Positions 50,752 through 59,526 of a DNA stretch of 64,000 bases are shown one piece after another. The notes under the pieces are model-generated. The model did no database searches, was not told the DNA's origin, and worked only from the letters and a program-made list of their open reading frames with translations. The DNA comes from Patescibacteria group bacterium (GTDB taxonomy: Bacteria > Patescibacteriota > Patescibacteriia > UBA1558 > GWA2-36-10). The position numbers and the translations under genes are program-made. Where the stretch lies: the NCBI GenBank assembly GCA_018819405.1, contig JAHJQF010000001.1, positions 753,469-817,468 on the forward strand. The letters are read 5' to 3'. Position 1 is the first letter of the stretch. Every line of letters starts with the position of its first letter.

Positions 50752-52178
50752 ATTTTTTTACAAAGTCCTGTTTTTATATCAATTTTTATTTTATCACCTG
50801 TCTTAAAAATTTTAGTTGCATTTTTTGTAGCCACTACACAAGGTATACCTAATTCACGAGAAACAATAGCAGCGTGAGAAGTAAGTCCTCCTTCATCTGT
50901 GACAATAGCTTTAGCTTTTCTCATAGCCACAATAAACTCCGGAGTAGTTATCGTAGTAATCAAAATTTCTCCTTGCTTCATTTTATTTATTTCTTTAATA
51001 CCAAACAATATACGAGCACGACTACTTACATTACCTCGGCCTCTGCTAATTACCAAACCTTTGACTGAATCAACTCCCTTAATAGTCTGTTCTGCTAAAA
51101 AAGGCTTGATAATTTTTAATGCCTGTTTCCCGTCTATGTGCTTATAACCGTTATTTTCTTTATAAATTGATAACAAGGCCATTTTCCTTTTTTTTGTATC
51201 AACAACCTTCCCTTTCTTAAGAAGAGTAATTAAATCAGGATAACTATAATAATATAAATCTTGGAGAGAAATTTTTAATCTCTTAGATATTTCTTTTATA
51301 AATTCATTTATAAAATAATCTGAAATAAGTATATACTGCTTGCGATAATCTTGCCACCACAAACAATATGCCACACCATTTGCTATTGATACAATTTCTG
51401 AATTTATTTTGAATTTTTTTATAACATTTTTTTTGTCGGATTTTATTTTTTTACTATAATTTTCAATTTCTTTTAATTTTTTACGAGCGCCGGCTTGTGA
51501 AATCTTACTTAATCTATTCTTAAAATATTTTTTATCTAATACTCTTACTTCAAAATAACTATTGGCCAGCCAGTAATATTTTTTGGCATGTCTTACCAGA
51601 GCAATTTCAATATCCTTTTTATTTTTAAGTAGTTTTATTTTCAATAGACTAAACTCTTCTTTTTGATAAAAAGACGATTTTTCTGGAGCTGGCAAGCTTT
51701 CTAAAATTTCCAAATAATTTTTTGGATATCTTTCCAAAACTTTATTTTTTAATAATCTTTCCCCTCCCCAGTTGCCAAGTTCCGGTAGCCATGATTTTAG
51801 CCAAAACTCTTCATAAAAATCATACCAGCTAATAAAAAATTTTATGAATTCCTTGTTAGAATAATTATCAAATCCTCTGTTTATTATTTTTTCATAATAA
51901 TTAAATTTTTTTAAAATTAAAATCCAATCTTTATATAATTTTTTTAACCTTTTTTTATTTAAGACATATTTTATAAATAATTTTTCTCCATTATCTCTCA
52001 ATTTTTTATCTTCGGCCAAAAATAAAAGTCGTTTATCTTTGAAATACAACAAAAAATCAGGCCAGCCTACACCAGCTATTTTTGGATATTTCTGAACAGC
52101 ATACATTGTGAGATCTGCATAAATAATTCTAGCATCTGCCGGTCCCCACCTAAATAATTCTTTTTTATAATCTACCAT
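50748..52178 (-). CDS. PEP-utiliser mobile domain protein, paralogue 3
   Basis: [24 protein letters not shown]. Confidence 0.88.
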   Translation of the reverse strand: MVDYKKELFRWGPADARIIYADLTMYAVQKYPKIAGVGWPDFLLYFKDKRLLFLAEDKKLRDNGEKLFIKYVLNKKRLKKLYKDWILILKKFNYYEKIINRGFDNYSNKEFIKFFISWYDFYEEFWLKSWLPELGNWGGERLLKNKVLERYPKNYLEILESLPAPEKSSFYQKEEFSLLKIKLLKNKKDIEIALVRHAKKYYWLANSYFEVRVLDKKYFKNRLSKISQAGARKKLKEIENYSKKIKSDKKNVIKKFKINSEIVSIANGVAYCLWWQDYRKQYILISDYFINEFIKEISKRLKISLQDLYYYSYPDLITLLKKGKVVDTKKRKMALLSIYKENNGYKHIDGKQALKIIKPFLAEQTIKGVDSVKGLVISRGRGNVSSRARILFGIKEINKMKQGEILITTITTPEFIVAMRKAKAIVTDEGGLTSHAAIVSRELGIPCVVATKNATKIFKTGDKIKIDIKTGLCKKI

Positions 52179-53010
52179 TTTTCTTTTGATTTATCATAGC
52201 TACCAACCACTTTATATGAAATTCAAAATCTTTTTCCGTGCGGCTATTATCTTCATAGTAATGAGATAAACCTAACTTAGTACCAATTAGCAACTTACCA
52301 CCAGAAGCTAAAATCATCCTAAACATCTGATTACCGACCATACCATTTGGTGGAATCAATAAATTATAACCTTCTTCTATAGCTATATTTGAATCAATAG
52401 ACCAATTTTTGACAATTAATCTTTCTTTGTTTAGTTTTTTTACTATCCACTGGGCGTCAGAATAAGTTTTGTTTAACTTGGCAACAATACCACTTTTTAT
52501 ATTTCTTTTACGCTTATAAGTATCATGCCTTACTCCGCTGAGCACACAAATTCTAGGTTTAATATTAAACCCTATCATCATATTGGCCGTAATAAGTGCT
52601 TTAGAAAAACGATCTTCTTTTGTCCAAGCCTCTGGATTACTGACAAAAGCAATAAAAATTTTATTTTTATTGGGCAGCTGCATTAACACAGGATTAGCTA
52701 ATGTATTTTCTCCTGTTAATTTTCTGTAAACTTCGTAAGTTTTAAAATCATCAATTGTTCCTCTTACCATTCCTTCTACCTCTCCATTTACCAACATTTC
52801 CACCAATTTCTTTTCGGGATTATTACTAATATTTAATTTGAATCCTTTTATACTGCTTATTTTCTTTGGACCAACAATATTAATATCCGCATATTTATGA
52901 GATTTTCTTAAACTGGTTAAAATGAGCTCATCAGGTTTATCAAGGCCAAAAGCTATTTTAGGATGTCGTAATTTTAATAATTTTTCTATTTTTTGGTCAA
53001 ATTTATCCAT
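52165..53010 (-). CDS. MtxX/methanogenesis marker 4-like protein (phosphotransacetylase-like fold)
   Basis: PEKKLVEMLVNGEVEGMVRGT, PPNGMVGNQMFR, YEDNSR resemble the MtxX family as I recall it. Confidence 0.65.
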   Translation of the reverse strand: MDKFDQKIEKLLKLRHPKIAFGLDKPDELILTSLRKSHKYADINIVGPKKISSIKGFKLNISNNPEKKLVEMLVNGEVEGMVRGTIDDFKTYEVYRKLTGENTLANPVLMQLPNKNKIFIAFVSNPEAWTKEDRFSKALITANMMIGFNIKPRICVLSGVRHDTYKRKRNIKSGIVAKLNKTYSDAQWIVKKLNKERLIVKNWSIDSNIAIEEGYNLLIPPNGMVGNQMFRMILASGGKLLIGTKLGLSHYYEDNSRTEKDFEFHIKWLVAMINQKKNGRL

Positions 53011-53013
53011 ATA

Positions 53014-53526
53014 TTATCTTTTAAACAAATTTTTAAAAAATTCAGTCCTGTCCACATTGGCTACATGAGTAAACCATTCATCTTGAAATTTGTAAGCCAA
53101 GATAAACAACCAAATCCAGACAATATTTTTCTTGTACCACTGGGCTGTCTTTTCCCGCCCTTTGAACAACTCGGCTGTAGCGTAAATTAAAAATAATGGT
53201 TCTACCAGATTAGGAAAATAAAACAGCATCATTTCATCGCGAGTAAAAAAGAAAGAAAATTGTCCGATTGTCCTAATCAAAAATGTGACAATGACTTCTT
53301 TTTTTATCACTCTCTTCCAGCCCCAAATAACTATAAAAATATAAGTAGTATAATCAGCTATTTTATCTATTAATTGATATTTTTTATCTTCCAGTCCCAG
53401 AGGAATAAGTATATCTCCATCTACTGAGTCCAAAATAAAATTGGCCCAGCCGGCAAAAAATGGAAATTTCAAAATCAAAACCGGGAAGGCAAATTTTAAT
53501 AATATTATTAAGACTATAAAAAACAT
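53014..53526 (-). CDS. Membrane protein with CDP-alcohol phosphotransferase-like motif
   Basis: DSVDG...YQLIDKIAD resembles DxxDG..DxxxD; several TM helices. Confidence 0.55.
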   Translation of the reverse strand: MFFIVLIILLKFAFPVLILKFPFFAGWANFILDSVDGDILIPLGLEDKKYQLIDKIADYTTYIFIVIWGWKRVIKKEVIVTFLIRTIGQFSFFFTRDEMMLFYFPNLVEPLFLIYATAELFKGREKTAQWYKKNIVWIWLFILAYKFQDEWFTHVANVDRTEFFKNLFKR

Positions 53527-53548
53527 ATACTATATATTTATTAAAAAT

Positions 53549-53833
53549 TTAAACCGCCCGAACTTCTTTTACCTCGGGCATAGCCCCTCTGATTTCTGCT
53601 TCTATCAAATGCTTTAGAGTCACATCAGCTAAAATACAGTGAGCACAAGCGCCTTGTAGTACAATCTCTACAATCCCCTTTTTCTTGTCATAACTCACTA
53701 GTTCCAAATTGCCATTGTCACGCATCAAAGCCGGACGAATACGATCTAGTATTTTATTTAATTTGTCCTCATCACTGAGTTTTTTTGACGCGGCCTTAGG
53801 CTTTGCCTTGGCTTTTGTTTTTGCTTTTGGCAT
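53549..53833 (-). CDS. NifU-C/Nfu domain protein
   Basis: IRPALMRDNGNLELV, LQGACAHC, TLK..IE. Confidence 0.9.
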   Translation of the reverse strand: MPKAKTKAKAKPKAASKKLSDEDKLNKILDRIRPALMRDNGNLELVSYDKKKGIVEIVLQGACAHCILADVTLKHLIEAEIRGAMPEVKEVRAV

Positions 53834-53845
53834 ATATGTAAATTT

Positions 53846-53899
53846 ACCCTGTTAAATATTTTGCCCCGCAAAATACTGCTTTGCAGTATTTAACAGGGT
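53846..53899. repeat. Branched palindromic REP-like element
   Basis: accctgttaaata / tatttaacagggt outer stem enclosing ttttgc/gcaaaa and ctgc/gcag hairpins. Confidence 0.7.
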
Positions 53900-53902
53900 G
53901 AA

Positions 53903-54389
53903 TTAATTTTTATAAAAATTTTTAAACTGACTTATTATTTCTTCTTCACCGTTATTATTATATAAAGTATAGCAGTCTATCTTTGGTTCTTCAAATATTT
54001 TTTCTAGCTCATCAGCATATTTTTTGGATACAAAATGCTGTCTACCAACAAGACGTTTGGCCATTATATCTTTATCAGCCTTGAGTAAAATAAATTTTGC
54101 TTCTGGAAAATTGTCCAACATCATTTGACGAAACTTTTCTTTTATAAAAGCTTGACTAACAATTATATTTTTATATTTTGGTTTTAATTCATTTATTTTA
54201 GCTATAACAATGTTATAAAAATCTTCTCTGTTCTTATCAGTGGCTATATCATTTTTTTTTAATTTTGTCTATCAAATACTGAGGAATATCGCTATCAGCA
54301 TCATAATGATAAAAATCAAAATTTTTGGCTATCACATCGCCCACAAAATTTTTGCCTGCGCCAGGTTGTCCAAATAGAAATATGATCAT
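53903..54389 (-). pseudogene. Gluconokinase-like P-loop kinase frameshifted in an A9 run
   Basis: MIIFLFGQPGAGKNFVG...YDAD..KIKKK* ; removing one A from the run at 54252-54260 joins it in frame to 53903..54124 (RLVGRQHFV...FEEP). Confidence 0.8.
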
Positions 54390-54425
54390 AATTTCTTTAT
54401 TATACCATTATTGGCATCAACTTCT

Positions 54426-54486
54426 GCCGATTTTGCCCAAGAGCGCAGCGATTGGCTGCAAAATCGAGCATCCCGCGAAGCGGGAT
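54426..54486. repeat. Two-hairpin intergenic repeat, copy 2
   Basis: gccgattttgcccaagagcgcagcgattggctgcaaaatcgagcatcccgcgaagcgggat. Confidence 0.8.
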
Positions 54487-54495
54487 ATAGCTATT

Positions 54496-55857
54496 CTAAT
54501 GCTTACTTAATTTTTTAACTATGCCGCGGCTAGCGTCTACCTCAACCATATCGCCATCTTTTAAAACTTTAGTAGCATAATTAGTACCAATTATACAAGG
54601 CTTTCCCAATTCCCTTGAAACAATAGCCGCGTGACAAGTAATGCCGCCTTCATCGGTAATTATAGCAGCAGCTTTTTTCATTAGAGGTACATATTCCGGC
54701 CTAGTCATACCTGTCACTAGTATCTCGCCTTTTTTAAAACTCTCTGTCTCTAAAAATACATTGGTAATAATTTTTACCTTGCCCTTGGCGTATCCAAGAG
54801 AACCCGACTGTCCTATTATTTTATTATCAAACTGATAATCTGTTCCAATATTATCATAAAATCTATATTCAAATTTTTTTGCTCCATCAGGGTATAACAA
54901 AACTGAAAAACCATTTTTCCTTTTTGCTATTTCTGTAATATTACTTCTTAAATATTTTGTCCCTTTTTCTATTTCCTCAAACAAACAAAAATTTATCAAA
55001 TCTTTGGACAGATTAGCCGTCTCAAAAATATGTTCGGCATATCGACCCATGATTGACAGAAGCATGCCAAAATAATCTTTTCTCTGATCACGCTTGTCTA
55101 TAGCCCATTGAAAAAAATCAGTCATTCTTCTCTCCTTTTCAGATAAATCATTTTTCCAACTAGTACTTTTGCCGTTTACTTTTTTATGTATTAATAAATT
55201 TTTATACTTTTCTTGTAGTTGTTTTTTAGTAAACTCAAAACTTAATATCCGGTCATAGGCTGCCTCCAAATACTGACATTTTTCAGTTATTTGATCCCAA
55301 TTATAATCTGCCTCCACTAATCTCTTTAATTTTTTTGATCCGCGATCATAAAAAGATTCCGTATTTAAAATTGAAGCCTTGTTCCAGAAAGAATCGTCTA
55401 GCTTACCAAAACGATCAAATACATCTTTATCTAAACCAATAGTAAAAAACGTCAAAGCACTCAAACTCCAAGCATTATCAACTATGCTATTTAAGTCTTC
55501 TCCTAAATCATTATTATTTTTTATATATTTATAAGTTAATTTACTATAAATATTTTCTATCTTTTGAGAAAACTTTTTAAAATTATCCTCCATTTTAGAC
55601 AAATGTTTTTTGTCTTCCCAAACCGAATACATTGTTTCCAAACAAGCTGCTTTTGAGTGACCTAAAGAAATATACATTAGACCAATATCTCCTTTGACCG
55701 AAATTAATAAAGGAAAAGAATAATTATTTTTATAAAGAGATCTAAAATATTTACTCTGATTCCACCCCCGTGTTTGATATATCAAAGCTGAATTCAAAAT
55801 AGGAGGAGATATCTCTAAACCATCTTGAGCTTTTAAGTATAAATCAACAATACTCAT
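54496..55857 (-). CDS. PEP-utiliser mobile domain protein, paralogue 4
   Basis: [11 protein letters not shown]...[26 protein letters not shown]. Confidence 0.88.
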   Translation of the reverse strand: MSIVDLYLKAQDGLEISPPILNSALIYQTRGWNQSKYFRSLYKNNYSFPLLISVKGDIGLMYISLGHSKAACLETMYSVWEDKKHLSKMEDNFKKFSQKIENIYSKLTYKYIKNNNDLGEDLNSIVDNAWSLSALTFFTIGLDKDVFDRFGKLDDSFWNKASILNTESFYDRGSKKLKRLVEADYNWDQITEKCQYLEAAYDRILSFEFTKKQLQEKYKNLLIHKKVNGKSTSWKNDLSEKERRMTDFFQWAIDKRDQRKDYFGMLLSIMGRYAEHIFETANLSKDLINFCLFEEIEKGTKYLRSNITEIAKRKNGFSVLLYPDGAKKFEYRFYDNIGTDYQFDNKIIGQSGSLGYAKGKVKIITNVFLETESFKKGEILVTGMTRPEYVPLMKKAAAIITDEGGITCHAAIVSRELGKPCIIGTNYATKVLKDGDMVEVDASRGIVKKLSKH

Positions 55858-57194
55858 AATTTCTTTATTATACCATTATTGGCGTCCACCTCTACCATAT
55901 CACCATCTTTTAAAACTTTGGTAGCATAATTAGTACCAACCACACAGGGCACTTTTAGCTCACGACTGGTTATGGCGGCGTGAGAAAGCATACCACCTTC
56001 ATCAGTCACAATAGCCGCTGCCAGACGCATGGCTGGAGTATAACGCGGATCAGTCATTTGAGCGACCAATATATCCCCCTTTTCAATTTTTGAAATTTCT
56101 TTATAAGAATTAACAATCTTAACTTTACCCTTAACTACGCCCCTCGTAGCTGATATGCCTTGAAGCTGATCAATATAATTAATTTGTTTTTTGACAATTT
56201 GTTTTATCTTTTCTATCTGAACTTTATCTGTGACAATATTTAATGACCCATCATAGTAATAAAGAAAGTTTTTCTCTCTTTTGGCCAAGTCAATTGCCTC
56301 AGGTAATTTAGCTTTGGTTAAAATGTCTTCAATTTCTTCATAGCTCAAATTCGCCACTGCTTTTAAACTAATATTTTCAAATTTATCCTTAAGATACTCA
56401 AAAAATCTACTAATAATAAACAAACTATGTTTCCAAGAATCCACACGATCATTTCTTAAAAATATATATTCATGAAATAATATGCATTTGGCTTTTATTT
56501 CTTCATCGTCTAGCTTGGAAATAAAATTATCAAACTCTTTTTTATGTCGAGAAAATTGAGCAAATATTTTTTCTACCTTATCTCTATCCAGCTCTTTGGA
56601 CATCTTCTCTAACTCCTCAATAGTATATATTCCCTCACCAATGTAATAGCTTTTTAACCAGCCGTACTTTTCCAAGGCCATTTGTGGCCCTTCCTCCAAA
56701 AGCATTTTTTCCATCAATTGATACTGAGTCGGTTTATCAGAGTTAATAATTTTTTCAAAATCTTCGGGGAACAACCTAATTAGCTCCGGCTCGGCATATT
56801 CTATCAAAGCAAAGGGTATAAGGATGTAATCAAAAAAATCATAAACTGAGGAAATGTAATTTTTAAATAATACAAAAAGTTCTTTATCCGATACCTTGCC
56901 TACTCCCTGAGATAATATTTTCGAACTCTCCAAAATTCTGTCCCTGGCCGGAATATAATCAGTCAAATGACTCTTGTAGTTTGATAATACTCTTTGGTAA
57001 GTTTTTTTTAAAACTTTTTTATATGAAGGCTCATCAAAATAATATGAACCCATCACACCATCCTCTTCTGGTATGACCACAAAAAATTTCATACCAGCAT
57101 CATAAATTGCTTTTAGATAATAAAATTCTCTGGCTATACCATAAGGACGGGTAGCCCATTTAAAAAATTTGTATTTGAAAAATTTATCTTCCAT
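55854..57194 (-). CDS. PEP-utiliser mobile domain protein, paralogue 5
   Basis: [26 protein letters not shown]. Confidence 0.88.
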   Translation of the reverse strand: MEDKFFKYKFFKWATRPYGIAREFYYLKAIYDAGMKFFVVIPEEDGVMGSYYFDEPSYKKVLKKTYQRVLSNYKSHLTDYIPARDRILESSKILSQGVGKVSDKELFVLFKNYISSVYDFFDYILIPFALIEYAEPELIRLFPEDFEKIINSDKPTQYQLMEKMLLEEGPQMALEKYGWLKSYYIGEGIYTIEELEKMSKELDRDKVEKIFAQFSRHKKEFDNFISKLDDEEIKAKCILFHEYIFLRNDRVDSWKHSLFIISRFFEYLKDKFENISLKAVANLSYEEIEDILTKAKLPEAIDLAKREKNFLYYYDGSLNIVTDKVQIEKIKQIVKKQINYIDQLQGISATRGVVKGKVKIVNSYKEISKIEKGDILVAQMTDPRYTPAMRLAAAIVTDEGGMLSHAAITSRELKVPCVVGTNYATKVLKDGDMVEVDANNGIIKKL

Positions 57195-57912
57195 TTTTCC
57201 TTAATTTAGCAATAGTGTTGCCAGCTTCCAGTAAGGCATCAAAAGTACCCGTATCCAACCAATAATGATCATATTTTTTGACATCAAGTTGCCCCTCTTT
57301 GAGATATAGATTGTTGATATCGGTAATTTCCAATTCTCCTCTGGCTGATGGCTGGAGACTCTTGGCTTTGTCTACCACAGTATTATCATAAATATAAAGC
57401 CCAGTTACCGCAAAATTGCTCTTTGGCTTGGTTGGCTTTTCTTCTATAGAAATTGCTTTGCCACTAACATCAAACTCTACTACACCAAATCTATTGGGAT
57501 CAGGCACTTCTTTAGCAAAAACACGACCACCTGATTGAAAACTCCTGATAGCCTCATCAAGAAAATCACCGTCACCGACAAACAGGTTGTCACCAAGTAT
57601 CAAAGTAACGTTGTCGCTACCTACAAAATTTTCTCCTAGTAAAAAAGCCTGAGCAATGCCCTCTGGTTTATCTTGCACTTCATAAGTGATCTTGACGCCA
57701 AAATCTTTGCCACTAGCCAGCAACTTGGAAAATTTGTGAATATTGTCCGGATCAGAGATTATCAGTATATCTTTGATACCACCGTCAATGAGAGTCTCTA
57801 AAGGATAATAAATCATCGGCCTATCATAAATTGGCAAGAGTTGTTTTGATGTCACTTTAGTAAGTGGATGAAGTCTAGTGCCGGCTCCGCCAGCAAGTAT
57901 AATTCCTTTCAT
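57184..57912 (-). CDS. rfbA: Glucose-1-phosphate thymidylyltransferase (short form)
   Basis: MKGIILAGGAGTRLHPLT, SKQLLPIY, LILGDN, EEKP, PSARGELEITD, WLDTGT. Confidence 0.95.
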   Translation of the reverse strand: MKGIILAGGAGTRLHPLTKVTSKQLLPIYDRPMIYYPLETLIDGGIKDILIISDPDNIHKFSKLLASGKDFGVKITYEVQDKPEGIAQAFLLGENFVGSDNVTLILGDNLFVGDGDFLDEAIRSFQSGGRVFAKEVPDPNRFGVVEFDVSGKAISIEEKPTKPKSNFAVTGLYIYDNTVVDKAKSLQPSARGELEITDINNLYLKEGQLDVKKYDHYWLDTGTFDALLEAGNTIAKLRKNGR

Positions 57913-57927
57913 ATAGTTTATTGTTGC

Positions 57928-57995
57928 GTCATTGCGAGCGTAGCGAAGCAATCTACAAGCTTTTGGATTGCCACGCCCTTCGGGCTCGCAATGAC
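57928..57995. repeat. REP-like element (GTCATTGCGAG...CTCGCAATGAC)
   Basis: Terminal inverted repeat gtcattgcgagc / gctcgcaatgac with internal gcaatc/gattgc. Confidence 0.8.
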
Positions 57996-58004
57996 ATTTT
58001 TAAT

Positions 58005-58838
58005 TTATTTTTTATTATCTGCGTATTTTTTTATAGTGTCCTCTACTGCTTCTTTGACTGGACGCATTTTGATACCCAGCTTTGGAAGATTAAGAGAAGT
58101 CATAATATTATTTGATCTTTTTTTGTCAGCCAAACCAAGCCTGACCAATTCTTCTTCCTTTATCCATTCATTTTTGTGATTAGGATCTATATATTTTTTA
58201 TACAGTGCCAGGATTTCTTTGTGTTTGATAGAGCCTGGATTGGTCACGTGGTATATGCCCTCTGCTTTTTTTTCTAAGAGCTGATAAAAGACATCTATCA
58301 TGTCTGGTACAACGGTCAAAGAATTTTCTACATCCACTATTTTTTCGTATTTTGATAATTTATCAATCAAATTGGCTGGATGAGGCCTGTCATCAAGTGG
58401 CATGCGGATACGGGCAATACCGACATTTGGCATTTTGGCCAAGACCAAATCAGCTGCATATTTACATCTAGTATAGACTGCCACTGGATTGGCATAATCA
58501 TCTTCTGTCCAGGCCTGACCATCAGGAGCCTGACCATAAAATATACAGCCAGTGCCCATATGAAGAAGATATACTCCTTTTTTCTGACAAGCCTCGGCAA
58601 TGATAAGTGGCAGTATGGTATTGCCCTGATAGGTTTCCAATTGGTGAGTTTCACACCAATCTACATTTGGTTTACCAACAATTCCGGCTGCATTTAAAAT
58701 TGCGTCGGGTTGGTGCTCGTCTATTAATTTTTCGACATCTTCCACAGTTTCAACAATCTTGTCAGTTATGACTGCGTCGTTCCAGCTCTGGGCACAACGA
58801 ATGCCTAAATATCCTTTGCCTATTATAAGTATTTTCAT
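58005..58838 (-). CDS. NDP-4-keto-6-deoxyglucose reductase (RmlD-like; NRS/ER-type 3,5-epimerase-4-reductase signature)
   Basis: GKGYLG, NAAGIVGKPNVDWCETH, GTGCIF, YTRCK, RIRMP. Confidence 0.8.
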   Translation of the reverse strand: MKILIIGKGYLGIRCAQSWNDAVITDKIVETVEDVEKLIDEHQPDAILNAAGIVGKPNVDWCETHQLETYQGNTILPLIIAEACQKKGVYLLHMGTGCIFYGQAPDGQAWTEDDYANPVAVYTRCKYAADLVLAKMPNVGIARIRMPLDDRPHPANLIDKLSKYEKIVDVENSLTVVPDMIDVFYQLLEKKAEGIYHVTNPGSIKHKEILALYKKYIDPNHKNEWIKEEELVRLGLADKKRSNNIMTSLNLPKLGIKMRPVKEAVEDTIKKYADNKK

Positions 58839-58845
58839 TTATTTT

Positions 58846-58913
58846 GTCATCCTGAACTTGTTTCAGGATCTAGCTAATAATTAATGGAGATGCTGAAATA
58901 AATTCAGCATGAC
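58846..58913. repeat. REP-like element (GTCATCCTGAAC family)
   Basis: gtcatcctgaacttgtttcaggatct ... agatgctgaaataaattcagcatgac. Confidence 0.8.
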
Positions 58914-58937
58914 ACTATTTTAACTTAATTTTTTATA

Positions 58938-58966
58938 TTGACATTTTTATCTAAATATGATATAAT
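58938..58966 (+). promoter_or_regulatory. Perfect consensus sigma70 promoter of GC-rich cassette 3 (TTGACA-N14-TGa-TATAAT)
   Basis: ttgaca tttttatctaaatatga tataat. Confidence 0.85.
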
Positions 58967-59020
58967 CATACAATATTCGTTCCGCCTTGACAACACCAAT
59001 CTTAGGGAGGTTTCCAAGAA

Positions 59021-59461
59021 ATGAAGATAATCAAGGTCTACTCTGTCGGCCAGTTCTGGCACGACATGTATCCCCTCTGCCCGACCGGTTACACCCTACA
59101 GGTTATCATCGACATCCGCGGTGCCATTGCTGATCTCCTCGAGGAGATTGGCCCGATCGACGGCACCGAGAAGGTCTGTCAGGATCACATCATGTCAGCT
59201 CCCGGCTACGCCGAATGGCTGGAGCGCACCAACGACTGGCTCTACACCAACTACCTGAAAACGTTCCTGAAAAATAAGCAGTTCGAATGCCTCAATATCA
59301 TCTTCGTGTGCACTGGGGGCTTCCAGCGCTCGGTCACGACGGCCATCAAAAGTGCTGAGTACTTGCGCATACACTGCGCCGGTAAGGCTGAGGTCGTGGT
59401 CAAGCACCTGACCATGGAGATGACCAGGGGGCTGGCCAAGGAGATAACCAACAAGGGCTGA
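59021..59461 (+). CDS. Stand-alone RapZ C-terminal-domain-like protein, GC-rich cassette 3
   Basis: IKVYSVG, IIDIR, DG...V, IIFVCTGGFQRSV (cf. RapZ CTGGxHRSV), VVKH; AGGGAGG SD. Confidence 0.75.
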   Translation: MKIIKVYSVGQFWHDMYPLCPTGYTLQVIIDIRGAIADLLEEIGPIDGTEKVCQDHIMSAPGYAEWLERTNDWLYTNYLKTFLKNKQFECLNIIFVCTGGFQRSVTTAIKSAEYLRIHCAGKAEVVVKHLTMEMTRGLAKEITNKG

Positions 59462-59477
59462 CAAATCCTTCGACCCT

Positions 59478-59523
59478 TACGAGGTCCGTTCGCGTTTATA
59501 CGCAACTGGCCTCGTATTTTTTT
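59478..59523 (+). terminator. Intrinsic terminator of cassette 3
   Basis: tacgaggtc...gcgt-ttat-acgc...ggcctcgta + T7. Confidence 0.8.
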
Positions 59524-59526
59524 AAA

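Noticed and set aside
57913-57951. Longer starts for rfbA (57951), and similarly murG (41915) and def (7449)
   Set aside because: The extensions run into REP elements or promoters; canonical N-termini begin downstream.
59195-59505. Minus-strand ORFs over cassette 3
   Set aside because: Antisense to a motif-bearing ORF and no expression signals.
30475-59523. GC-rich islands as assembly contamination
   Set aside because: Disfavoured because all three start just after a same-design promoter and end at a terminator without breaking neighbouring genes; read mapping is still needed to exclude it.
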